Assembly: GCA_963844965.1 (NCBI GenBank)
Contig: CAWJQC010000004.1
Location: 64,001 to 128,000, forward strand
Source of the DNA: an uncultured bacterium
Lineage (GTDB): Bacteria > Patescibacteriota > Minisyncoccia > UBA6257 > 2-01-FULL-56-20
Length of the DNA stretch: 64,000 nt
Direction: 5' to 3'
Part shown: positions 9,621 through 19,044 of the stretch, in pieces
Numbering within the stretch: the stretch's first letter is position 1
How the letters are laid out: every line of letters begins with the position of its first letter
Notes under the pieces: model-generated
Told to the model about the DNA's origin: nothing
What the model saw: the letters and a program-made list of their open reading frames with translations, nothing else
Databases searched by the model: none
Position numbers and translations under genes: made by a program

Positions 9621-10172
9621 CTATTTTCTATTTTCTATTTTCTGTACTTCCAAAATCCCTCCCCTCGCTCCGGGAACCGCTCCCTTTATAAAAAGCAATC
9701 CGTTCTCTTTATCAACGCCGGCGACCTTCAAATTTTTTACCGTCACGCGCTCGTCGCCCATGTGGCCGGCCATGCGGTGGCCCGGCGTAACCCGCTGGGG
9801 CGCGGTGCTGCCGATGGAACCGCCGGCGCGGAAACGGTTTTTCTGTCCGTGTGTTTTCGGTCCGCCGGCGAAACCATGGCGCTTGACGACACCAGCAAAG
9901 CCACGTCCCTTCATCGTGCCCGACACGCGCACCACATCACCTTCCTTGAAAGCATCAACCTCTATTGCGTCACCAACTTTAAATTTCTCGCTTTCGGTTC
10001 TGAATTCCCGCTTTTGCTTTCCGAGAGCGAGCTGAACGGCTTCATATCCGTCCCGTTCGTTAGTGCGAACAAAAGTTACCTTATTCGGCTGCGCGCGAAG
10101 CACCGTCACGGGCACGACGGTTTTGTCCTTCCAAATCTGGGTCATCTTCAATTTTTTCGCCAGGATAAACAT
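9621..10172 (-). CDS. rplC: 50S ribosomal protein L3
   Basis: 183 aa; GTMKGRGFAGVVKRHGFAGGPKTHGQKNRFRAGGSIG, L3. Confidence 0.9.
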   Translation of the reverse strand: MFILAKKLKMTQIWKDKTVVPVTVLRAQPNKVTFVRTNERDGYEAVQLALGKQKREFRTESEKFKVGDAIEVDAFKEGDVVRVSGTMKGRGFAGVVKRHGFAGGPKTHGQKNRFRAGGSIGSTAPQRVTPGHRMAGHMGDERVTVKNLKVAGVDKENGLLFIKGAVPGARGGILEVQKIENRK

Positions 10173-10407
10173 AACTTAATAAAAATCCGCCCAAGCACAC
10201 CCGGGCGGTCCGGCTGTCCTTGTGAAAACGTTCTTAATTATTGTCCAGAACGTCCATTAAAGAGACAAGCTAATACTACGCCGGAATGCCTGGAACGTCA
10301 ATAGCACCCCCTCCACAAGCAAAATCGGCCTGATTTTGCCGCCTTGCCTTCTAAAATGTCGGTAAAATAAAAAGCCGGGCCGTTAGAACTTCAGCCCGGC
10401 AACTTGC

Positions 10408-11511
10408 TCACCGAAGAATGAAACGTCCCGGTTTGCTTGAGTAATCAGAGAAGAAATTCGCATACGGGAAACGCAGAACACCATAGCCGTGCGTCACGCT
10501 TTTTGAGACGAACGCGGGCCTTTCTCGTTTCCATCGCTCATACTCTTCTTCCTTGAACAGCACGACGCGTAGCGGATTGCGCGATTCATCAATAACGGCA
10601 GGAAGAGCAAACTCCCAAAACGCCATGTCGTCCTGTTCGTCGCGCGTGAAGAGCGAACGAACGTCGGCGATATCGCCTTCGGCCCAGAACGCGAATCCGC
10701 CGCAGGAAGTCAAATATATTCTCTCCAACTCTTTCGGCCGAATACCCTCCAACTTCAACAAATCAAATCTGTTACAAACAGCCAAAGGCTTTAACCGAGA
10801 ATAGTAAAAAAGTTGTCGCGCTTCCTTTCTTACACATTTGGCAAATATGTCCTCGATGTAGGCGGCGAGGAACGGGAGCTCGTGACTAATGTCGGCATCA
10901 AAACAGTTGACCGAATGTTCAACCGGCAGGGCGTATTTCCAAATGCTCGGAATCGTTTCTTGGAGAATGGCAAGTGTGTCCGGCACCGACCCGCCGATAG
11001 TACTGAGAGAATTGAGGCCGGGAACCGTTTCGCCGTGTATGAAGTGCCGGTGGCAAACCGACACATACCGGAGATATATACCCATGCCGTCGCTGTGCAT
11101 GAATTCCAGAAGACGCAGGGTTTTTTCCGGCGCGAACATAACGAGCACGCATTTCTTCGTTTTCTCAATCGGCACCGTTTCGCCGGGCAGTACGTGCCCT
11201 TTATCCCCGAGCGCGCGGAGAAGTTCTTCGGCGGCTTCATCGCAACCGTCACGCCGGAGCTGGGCATAAAAATCGGCGAGAACGCGCGCATCGCTGAAAA
11301 GTCCGTTAAGTTCGTTCAAAAACGCGGTTGGGGTGTCGGCTTTATCGGCGATATTTGCCAACGTTTCCGTCATAAATCCGAGTTTGCCGCGCCTTCGCCC
11401 AAACACTTTATGGCCGGCGAGTTTCTGAAATAACCGGTCAAATTGCTGTCCACGAAGAACCGTCTTTCCTTCAGGCACCTGTTTCATGGGAACCTCCTTG
11501 TTCCGAAACAC
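10408..11511 (-). CDS. Hypothetical protein (367 aa), no recognisable family
   Basis: Long ORF with many overlapping spurious ORFs on both strands. It sits inside the ribosomal superoperon between rplC and rpsJ. Confidence 0.5.
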   Translation of the reverse strand: MFRNKEVPMKQVPEGKTVLRGQQFDRLFQKLAGHKVFGRRRGKLGFMTETLANIADKADTPTAFLNELNGLFSDARVLADFYAQLRRDGCDEAAEELLRALGDKGHVLPGETVPIEKTKKCVLVMFAPEKTLRLLEFMHSDGMGIYLRYVSVCHRHFIHGETVPGLNSLSTIGGSVPDTLAILQETIPSIWKYALPVEHSVNCFDADISHELPFLAAYIEDIFAKCVRKEARQLFYYSRLKPLAVCNRFDLLKLEGIRPKELERIYLTSCGGFAFWAEGDIADVRSLFTRDEQDDMAFWEFALPAVIDESRNPLRVVLFKEEEYERWKRERPAFVSKSVTHGYGVLRFPYANFFSDYSSKPGRFILR

Positions 11512-11690
11512 ATCTGAAGCAACACTTCCTGGGAAATGCCTATTCGTCTGCCTTTCAGCAGACCGTCTCCTGGGAAACGTGGATTAGCGCATTTTCAAAG
11601 AACATGCACCGAACAAATCATAAGCAATGCGGACTTCTAAGTCAAGCGCATCGTAGATGCGGCCGACACCGAAAATCTTCCGTTCCCAAT

Positions 11691-12608
11691 TTACTGTGCC
11701 ACCATAAGCGTCCTCCTTATTGAGTCAAACTGATTAAGCAATGCCGTGCGGTCAAATTCATGGACAACGCCAGGCGGATAGTTATAAATATCCGTGGAGT
11801 GTATGAGATAGCGCACCGCGAGGCAGGGATTTGTGCCGGGAACGGCCCAGACTTGTTCTTCGTAAAAATTGCCCGCCGCCCCTTCGGTCGTCGTAGCAAC
11901 GGAATACTCCGCGCCGCCGTCGGTCACATTCTCTGCGACCAGATTTTGCCGGTCAAGAAAAGGAAGCGCGCTGCAATCCTTTATGTTCGGAGTTTCTTCA
12001 ACCGACACGCCCGTGTCGTAGTGTGAAAGATTGGTACCGGTCGCCATCGCGGCGGGAATAACAAATTTGACGCCGCTGATATCCTTGCCCGGGCCGAGTT
12101 CCTGATACTTATACGAAGCGTCAACGGAGTAGCCCACGGGATAACGTATGGAAAAACCCGCCGTTCCGCTTGCGTAAGTTTGCGGCAAACCGCCCGAGTC
12201 TGGCGCAAGCACAATACAGCCAACGTAATTTTTCTCTTCGTTATTCTCAAAAACGAGCGCGCCGTTGCCCTTGCCCCAGAAAACGAACGACTCGTCACTG
12301 TTGGCGTAACGTATTCCGTCCGCCGATATTGTTTGCGGCAAAGTGAATCTGCGCCCGTCGCTTAAAACCAAGGCAACGCTCCCACCGGGAACCGGCGGCT
12401 CGCCGGGCTTTACGGGCGGCGGAGTTCCCTTGTAAAAACTTGCGTCAATCGTCTTTCCGCCATTGCACAGATAGGTAACTTCATTGATAGGCGCGGGCGC
12501 CGCGGACTTTTCCGGCGCGCCGCGGCGGGCGTACCAAAACCACACGCCAAAAAACACCAAGATGACCGCGAGCACCGCAAACAATATTTTAATATTCCTA
12601 AATTCCAT
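11691..12608 (-). CDS. Membrane-anchored secreted protein with MliC-like (lysozyme-inhibitor-type) domain
   Basis: Likely start MEFRNIKILFAVLAVILVFFGVWFW (signal anchor). Segment YLCNGGKTIDASFYKG...VALVLSDGRRFTLPQTISADGIRYANSDESFVFWGKGNGALV resembles MliC/DUF306 beta-barrel domains. Confidence 0.45.
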   Translation of the reverse strand: MEFRNIKILFAVLAVILVFFGVWFWYARRGAPEKSAAPAPINEVTYLCNGGKTIDASFYKGTPPPVKPGEPPVPGGSVALVLSDGRRFTLPQTISADGIRYANSDESFVFWGKGNGALVFENNEEKNYVGCIVLAPDSGGLPQTYASGTAGFSIRYPVGYSVDASYKYQELGPGKDISGVKFVIPAAMATGTNLSHYDTGVSVEETPNIKDCSALPFLDRQNLVAENVTDGGAEYSVATTTEGAAGNFYEEQVWAVPGTNPCLAVRYLIHSTDIYNYPPGVVHEFDRTALLNQFDSIRRTLMVAQ

Positions 12609-12706
12609 GATTTTAGTTTTTAGAAACGCCCGATCCGATAAGCACAGGTGGCACTCTGTGGAGATAGCGAGAGGCACCAGTTGCAACTTCGCCAAACCAA
12701 CCGCCG

Positions 12707-13018
12707 TCAGCTGTAAGCCAAAATGATAAACACAATCGCGACGATTACGACGAGGAACGTAATGGTTGCCGCAACAAGATTTATCGCTTCCCTTTTTTTG
12801 CCGTTAAAGTACCAAAGAATCGGCCGGCCGAAGATAACAATGCCCATTACAGCCGCGGAAATCACAAAAACAAGAAGAAACGCCGAGACGACCAGCACCC
12901 CGCCCCCGGGACCGAAAACGTGGTTCGCGTTTGAAATCAAAAGAGCGACGAGCCCCACGTAGGCCGCGGCGGCAAGCGCGTTAAGCAAGCCGTAGCCGAT
13001 TATTCGTTTTGTTTTCAT
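12707..13018 (-). CDS. Small integral membrane protein (3 TM), function unknown
   Basis: 103 aa, highly hydrophobic. Confidence 0.5.
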   Translation of the reverse strand: MKTKRIIGYGLLNALAAAAYVGLVALLISNANHVFGPGGGVLVVSAFLLVFVISAAVMGIVIFGRPILWYFNGKKREAINLVAATITFLVVIVAIVFIILAYS

Positions 13019-13030
13019 TGTATAGAAATA

Positions 13031-14422
13031 TTACTGCTGGCATGCCTGGCCCGTCAGCCACGGTCCACTCGTGGCGTTGGGATCGTATGGCACGAGCGGC
13101 ACTACGCACGACCAGGAAAGGCCAGTGGATTTGAGCACGATTTTGCTATCGCTTCGGTCCGTTATTACGCTACGCAGTCCGATGGTAATTGTCGGGTCAA
13201 CGCCGGAAATGCCCATGCGGTGCACCCCCAATATTTCAATCGGGAGCATTCTCTGGGTGGTTGGTCCTAATGGGAAGGAAAACGGAACGTTAATGTTCTC
13301 TCCGCTGTGCGTGAAGGGAATAGATGGGTCAGCCGCCAGATTTTCCAGGTGATAATCGGTTGACGGATCATCAGCTACGCGCAAAACCAGCGGCGAATCG
13401 GCGACATTCAAAGCCGTGTAAGAAATATCAACGTTTAGTCCGGTAATCGTAATCTGGTTGGAATCTATATTGTTGAAAACAAGACCACCATTGTCCGTAC
13501 TTTCCTGAAGCACGGTGCTCATGGCCGACGGCGAAGTGACGATCAGTTGGCCGGGGTCGGTCGTAAAGGAAAAATTTTTGGACTGAACCCGCTGGTCGTT
13601 TCCGGAAGTCTGAGCCAAACCGATGGCACAAGCGTATGAAGTTCTCACATCGAACATCGGATTTTGGTCGGTATCGTCGGAAGACGGGATATTCGGCGGC
13701 GGATTGCAGGAGAACGAAACGAAAAAACGCGGCACCGAACCGCTGCCGCCGATGGAAGTTTCGTCCAAACCCCATATTACACTGCTTTTTGTGCCTGCGA
13801 ACGTGGTAAATTTTGCTTCGTATGGGCCGTCAAACCGTTCGTTCAAAGAAAGCGTGGTGGCGTCCAAAAACGTCCGCGCCGTAATTACCGCCGGGACGGA
13901 AGCGGCGGCTGTTGTCGGGGTCGTAGCGGATTTTGCCTGCGCTCCGGCCTTTTTACTTGTAGTTTTCCCACCGGACTGGGTGGTCGCGGCGGCCGTCGTG
14001 GCGGTCGTTGTGGAAAACGGCACATCCACGCTTGGCAATAGTCCCGCCACAATCTCCGTCTGTGCATCCAAACTCGCGACGCTTGAGGTGGCAACGCTTG
14101 AAGTAGCCGTGGAAGTTGAGAACGCAATAACACTTTGCATCATGGCAATCTCTTTCGGGACGCCTACTGCCATGCCCAGGCGTGCCTGCATGCCCATAAC
14201 TTCAATCGTCTGTTTATAGGAAACAATTTCCGTCAAAGTTTTCGCCGCGAAAACTCCTCCGAAGAGGATTGCCGCGAGCCCGACAAGAAAAGGAACTCTC
14301 GTGCTGAACAACTTCAAGATTTTTCCGGAGATATTTCCGCCGCCCAAAAAAATGGCCTTGAAGCCGCCGGGTCTGGCGGGCTTTTCACGGCGCACAATAT
14401 CTTGTACGCGCCTGTTATTCAT
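13031..14422 (-). CDS. Membrane-anchored extracellular protein with Ser/Thr-rich linker
   Basis: 463 aa; N-terminal TM (VPFLVGLAAILFGGVFAA), long low-complexity T/S/A linker, then a C-terminal globular domain. Confidence 0.5.
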   Translation of the reverse strand: MNNRRVQDIVRREKPARPGGFKAIFLGGGNISGKILKLFSTRVPFLVGLAAILFGGVFAAKTLTEIVSYKQTIEVMGMQARLGMAVGVPKEIAMMQSVIAFSTSTATSSVATSSVASLDAQTEIVAGLLPSVDVPFSTTTATTAAATTQSGGKTTSKKAGAQAKSATTPTTAAASVPAVITARTFLDATTLSLNERFDGPYEAKFTTFAGTKSSVIWGLDETSIGGSGSVPRFFVSFSCNPPPNIPSSDDTDQNPMFDVRTSYACAIGLAQTSGNDQRVQSKNFSFTTDPGQLIVTSPSAMSTVLQESTDNGGLVFNNIDSNQITITGLNVDISYTALNVADSPLVLRVADDPSTDYHLENLAADPSIPFTHSGENINVPFSFPLGPTTQRMLPIEILGVHRMGISGVDPTITIGLRSVITDRSDSKIVLKSTGLSWSCVVPLVPYDPNATSGPWLTGQACQQ

Positions 14423-14649
14423 TTGACGTATTGTTATATATTACCTCAGGACGCGTGGGGATTCAAACGTAGGCAAAATCGCAGTTTTGTTGCGGCAGGG
14501 CAAATCACCCGGAGCGCTGAAGGATTAAAAAACAAAGCCGCAACCACGACTGTTCACTTTTTATGAACAATCATTTTATCGCTTGTTAAAAATTGAAACT
14601 GCCGACCGTGGATACAAAAATCTTTCAAAAGCCCGAAAAGAAAACACCC

Positions 14650-14700
14650 CGAAAACGAATTGGCTTTCGGGGCGACTTGTTAGAAAAAAACAGGAGTCAG
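14650..14700 (-). terminator. Rho-independent terminator (CCCCGAAA...TTTCGGGG followed by a T-rich run on the minus strand)
   Basis: Perfect 8-bp stem plus T-tract immediately downstream of the minus-strand ORF ending at 14718. Confidence 0.5.
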
Positions 14701-14717
14701 GATTCTATTCTCTGGTT

Positions 14718-15162
14718 TCAATTGAGGCCCGTTGCGGCAAGAAGTGTGCGGCGAATCACCGAATCGTGTCCCATCTCATTGTATGTGGCCGCCTCTATAC
14801 GCCTCTCCAAAACAGCAGGAAGCCCAAGTATTTCTTTCTTGACCTCCCGTTCGGCAGAGCTCGCCACACCTTCCGTAATCATCGCGTATACCGCAGTCAA
14901 CGGATAGTAGTCATTTTCCGCGGTGATGATGACACCGAGCGGCGTCAGCTTCCATCGGTGGGGTCTTTGCGCAGATACTCAAGAATACGCTGTAGTCGTA
15001 GATATCGCGCCCCAACAGTGCGCCGAAGAACAGCAACAAAACACCCTGAATTCCTACGACCACGTGATGACCTTGTATTTGATCTTTTGAAAAAAGAGCG
15101 AAAGCGGTGCATATTCCACCAAACACCAGCAGCACGACAAGCGATGGCTTAGCGCCCTTCAT
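14718..15162 (-). CDS. Hypothetical membrane protein, probably frameshifted (two ORF-track pieces 14911..15162 and 14718..14900)
   Basis: Two adjacent same-strand ORFs: a TM-rich N-terminal piece and a soluble C-terminal piece. Merging them is speculative. Confidence 0.25.
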
Positions 15163-15434
15163 ATACCCCCCCTTCCTCTTTTTTATCTTTGGCCTATCCA
15201 GCTGGCCTCAACCTAACACAGCGAAAGTTATTAGTCAAATGCGGCGGCTTTTTATAACTTGCGCGCTGATCACGGCAAAAATCTGCCGCCGGCCGGGAAT
15301 GCGGGGGTTTAAACGAGGTCCAGCTGGTCCTCGGCCACAGGGTTTTAGAAAACCAATTCAAAACTGCCCTTTCCTGCGCTTCGCCGAAGGCTTCGGCAAG
15401 GCGAGCGGGCGGTGGTGAAAAAAATTACCTAGTT

Positions 15435-15782
15435 CTATTTGCCGTCGGCGCTGCTGGCCGGAAACTCGGAAGACGCGTCTCCGTCGTTCATCCATTGCCA
15501 AATTTCGGCTCGGCGCTTTTCGGCGCCGGGAAACACGTCATCGGGTATGGCAATACGCCGCAATTCTTCTTCGGTCAAGCTGCTGAGGTTAACCGACGAG
15601 GGGTCTTTGCCTAAAAGAGATTTGAGCGTTTTAAGGCTCGCTTTTATCCGTTTCGGGGCGAGAGCGTCCTTATTCCACAACTCTGAATCTTTTCTAATTG
15701 CGTCCAAATTTTCGTGCGCCAGGGCGATCCTGTCGTTCCTGGAGAGTTCGTTCCCGCCAATCTTATCTGCAGGTTCTGGCAT
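15435..15782 (-). CDS. Hypothetical protein (115 aa)
   Basis: ORF only. Confidence 0.4.
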   Translation of the reverse strand: MPEPADKIGGNELSRNDRIALAHENLDAIRKDSELWNKDALAPKRIKASLKTLKSLLGKDPSSVNLSSLTEEELRRIAIPDDVFPGAEKRRAEIWQWMNDGDASSEFPASSADGK

Positions 15783-15896
15783 AAATTTATATTACAACAA
15801 TTTAATTTCTAAGTCCAAGCCCTGAATTAACAGAGAAATTCAAAACCGCCTTTTCGGGCGGCTTTGTTTCTGCGTAATTCCGCGTAGTTCCGCGCT

Positions 15897-16226
15897 TAGA
15901 CCATTTTGATTTCCACATCTACGCCAGCCGGTAAATTCAGATTGCTCAGCGATTCCACGATTTTCTGACTGGGATTCAGTATTTCCACGAGGCGCTTGTG
16001 GACGCGGAGCTCAAACTGCTCGCGCGAGTCCTTGTGGACGAATGTTGAACGATTTACGGTGTAGCGCTTAATCTCGGTCGGCAGCGGAATCGGCCCTACG
16101 ATGCGCGCGTCCTGCCTCTCGGCGGCTTCAATAATTTGCCGCGCCGAATTATCAATCAGCTTGTGATCTGTATGACTTGATTCTCAGCCTGATTTTTTGC
16201 GGAAGGTCCGCTACTTTTTTGGCCAT
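15897..16226 (-). CDS. rpsJ: 30S ribosomal protein S10, interrupted by a 1-nt frameshift near 16165-16172
   Basis: Not in the ORF track. Minus-strand reading gives [19 protein letters not shown], then a frame change, then [90 protein letters not shown]. Textbook S10. Confidence 0.85.
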
Positions 16227-16537
16227 TATTTTTTCCTATTGAGGGAATTCATCCGGATGTTCGTCCTCGTATTTTTCAAGAAGTCCGTTGTACAGATTTA
16301 TATCCCTTTCGAGTTTGGAGCAGGATTCAAGCTCCCAGTGCCCGATATCCCCTTGACGGGACGCCGCTGGCTCGCCACTTCCGCAAATTGGCTCTCTAAT
16401 CGCTTAACCAGGGCTTTCAGTTTTTCGTAGTCCTCGTGATTTTGAGGCGGATTTTTCAACCAGCTCCTGTTGTCAAAGTTAGTTTCTTTTTCCTCACCAA
16501 GCTAATTTTGGATTCACTGCGATTTTTTTCACCCATA

Positions 16538-17740
16538 TTATTTCAGTATCTTAGTCACCGCTCCTGCGCCGACCGTCTTGCCGCCTTCGCGGATGGCAAA
16601 ACGCTGTTTTTCTTCAAGCGCGACCGGGAAATGAGTTTCACGGTGAGTTTAACGGTGTCGCCCGGCATGACCATTTCCATGCCTGCCGGCAAGGGTCACT
16701 TCGCCCGTAACATCGGTCGTCCTGATATAGAACTGCGGCTTGTAGCCGTTGAAGAACGGCGAGTGGCGGCCGCCTTCCTCTTTTGAAAGCACGTAAACCT
16801 CGCGCTCGAATTCCGTGTGCGGCGTGACGCTGCCCGGCTTCGCGACAACCTGCCCGCGCTCCACGTCTTCTTTCTTCAGGCCGCGGAGCAGAACGCCGAC
16901 GTTGTCGCCCGCCATGCCTTCGTCCAAGAGTCTTATTGAACATTTCAATGCCCGTGACGACGGTCTTCTGCCGTCGGCCTGCAGGCCGACGATCTCCACT
17001 TCTTCGTTCACTTTCACCTTGCCGCGCTCCACGCGGCCGGTCACGACCGTGCCGCGTCCTTCAATCGAGAAGATGTCTTCGATCGGCATAAGGAACGGCT
17101 TGTCGAAGTCGCGGACCGGATCGGGAATGAATGTCATCCACCGCTTTGATAAGGTCCAAGATCGGTTTCGCGTCCGGGTCGTCGGCGATTTCGCGGCCAA
17201 CGCTTTCAAAGCCGAACCGCGGATGATCGGAGTCGTGTCGCCCGGGAATTCGTATTTCTTCAAAAGCTCGCGGACTTCGGACTCAACGAGATCAATGAGT
17301 TCCGGATCGTCCACCTGATCGCACTTATTAAGAAACACGACGATGGTCGGCACGCCGACCTGGCGGGCAAGCAAAATGTGCTCGCGCGTCTGCGGCATCG
17401 GGCCGTCGGTCGCGGCGACGACCAAAATCGCGCCGTCCATCTGCGCGGCGCCCGTGATCATGTTCTTGATATAGTCGGCGTGTCCCGGCGCGTCAATGTG
17501 CGCGTAGTGGCGCTTCTCGGATTCGTACTCCGAATGGTGCAGGGCGATCGTGATGCCGCGCGCCTTTTCCTCCGGAGCGTTGTCAATTTGGTCCACTCTC
17601 TCTTCTTTCTTCGTCAGACCCTTCAAATGCAAAACGTGCATAATCGCGGCGGTCAGGGTCGTCTTGCCGTGGTCAACGTGGCCGATCGTGCCGATGTTCA
17701 TGTGCGGCTTGGCCCGGTAGAATTTTTCTTTTTCAGCCAT
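16538..17740 (-). CDS. tuf: Elongation factor Tu, carrying about four single-base frameshifts
   Basis: N-terminus [26 protein letters not shown] all intact. The stretch [23 protein letters not shown] reads in another frame as [23 protein letters not shown]. The C-terminus ...[23 protein letters not shown] / [29 protein letters not shown] is recovered in alternate frames. Confidence 0.85.
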
Positions 17741-18049
17741 GGTTTTATTATTTTATTTTTATTTATTTTTTTAGTGAGAACCTGGCCTGATGGATATCGC
17801 GTATGAAAAGCCCCAAACCAATCGACCGGGGCCGCGAACACATCATCGGACCTTATAATGCTAGATTATATACCATTCCCCCAACTGCTGTCAATTGCCA
17901 TTGTGGAATGATTGTGGACGGCGAAAGGGGGCAGGATTTGGACAAATCATAGATAGATAGCATGAATTAATTTATTACTTATTAACGGATTAACGAATTG
18001 CGAATTGAATCCGATGCGTTAATACGTTAATTCGTTAATTTTAATAGAA

Positions 18050-18095
18050 TAAAAAACCCGCCGACGCTTACACCTAACGCGCGGCGGGCTCGTTC
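18050..18095 (-). terminator. Rho-independent terminator downstream of the 18101..18904 gene
   Basis: Minus-strand CCCGCCGCGCG-loop-CGGCGGG followed by TTTTTT. Confidence 0.6.
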
Positions 18096-18100
18096 AAGAC

Positions 18101-18904
18101 TCATTTCCCTAGAGCGGAAAACGCCTCGTTGCCGGGATACTTTCTATGAAGGTAATCGTGGATATTAGCTTTGTCATCTGCGGTATATTGGCAGGCGTTT
18201 TTCTTGTCCGTGATTATCTTCAAAATCACGAACCAAACGTCGTCGGCGTACATACCGCCGTCCAGAGCCACCGATTCGAATATTAATTCCCGGCCGCGAT
18301 AGTCGTTGTTCGGAATGCCGAACAGTGTTGTCACCACGGGATGCGACGACGCCCTATAGTTCGTAAGGCCGAGAAGGAATTTCGCGCCACGGTACTTTGA
18401 GGCGGAAGCGACGGCAACGGCGGACTGCAAGGTGTTTTTTGCCGCCCACCACGAGCCGCAGCCATACAACAGAACTGCCTTGGTATATAGAAGATTCGCC
18501 TCTACATACTGATAAAAATCAATCTGCTTGCCGTTTCCTATTTTCTTATCAGCCTTGTTGATGCCCACATCAAGCAGCTTGAAAAAATCCGCGCGCGGGC
18601 CGTCCTCCAATTTAGGCGCGTCCTTTTTTTGTTCGTGCCGAAGCCGGAAAAGCCAGCTCAAAGATAGCCGCAGTTCACCGACGGGATCGTCCGGCTCCAT
18701 TTCCGCGTATTTTCTGAACTTGGCGTCGGCGCAGTTATAATCGCTGTTGTAAAAACAATTCAGGCCCGCCTCAAGCACAGCACGGCTCTCGGGCCTCATC
18801 TCACGGTCCGAGATAGAATCCGCAGAAAAAACCGGGGCAGCCGAACCCGAGAAGAGACACACCGACATAAAAAAGATGAGCATCCTCGTTCTCTTCGCGC
18901 CCAT
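18101..18904 (-). CDS. Secreted hypothetical protein (signal peptide MLIFFMSVCLFSGSAAPVFSA)
   Basis: 267 aa ORF with a Sec-type signal. Confidence 0.5.
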   Translation of the reverse strand: MGAKRTRMLIFFMSVCLFSGSAAPVFSADSISDREMRPESRAVLEAGLNCFYNSDYNCADAKFRKYAEMEPDDPVGELRLSLSWLFRLRHEQKKDAPKLEDGPRADFFKLLDVGINKADKKIGNGKQIDFYQYVEANLLYTKAVLLYGCGSWWAAKNTLQSAVAVASASKYRGAKFLLGLTNYRASSHPVVTTLFGIPNNDYRGRELIFESVALDGGMYADDVWFVILKIITDKKNACQYTADDKANIHDYLHRKYPGNEAFSALGK

Positions 18905-19044
18905 TTTTCTCCTTTCAACGGCAAAATTTCAACGCAAGCCCATCAGCTACGAAGCATTATACGGAAATACTTCATAAAAGTCAAACAAATTGCCAAATTG
19001 CCCCGAGGGCGCAAGAGAACGCGACCAGGATCTCCGGCAAAAAA

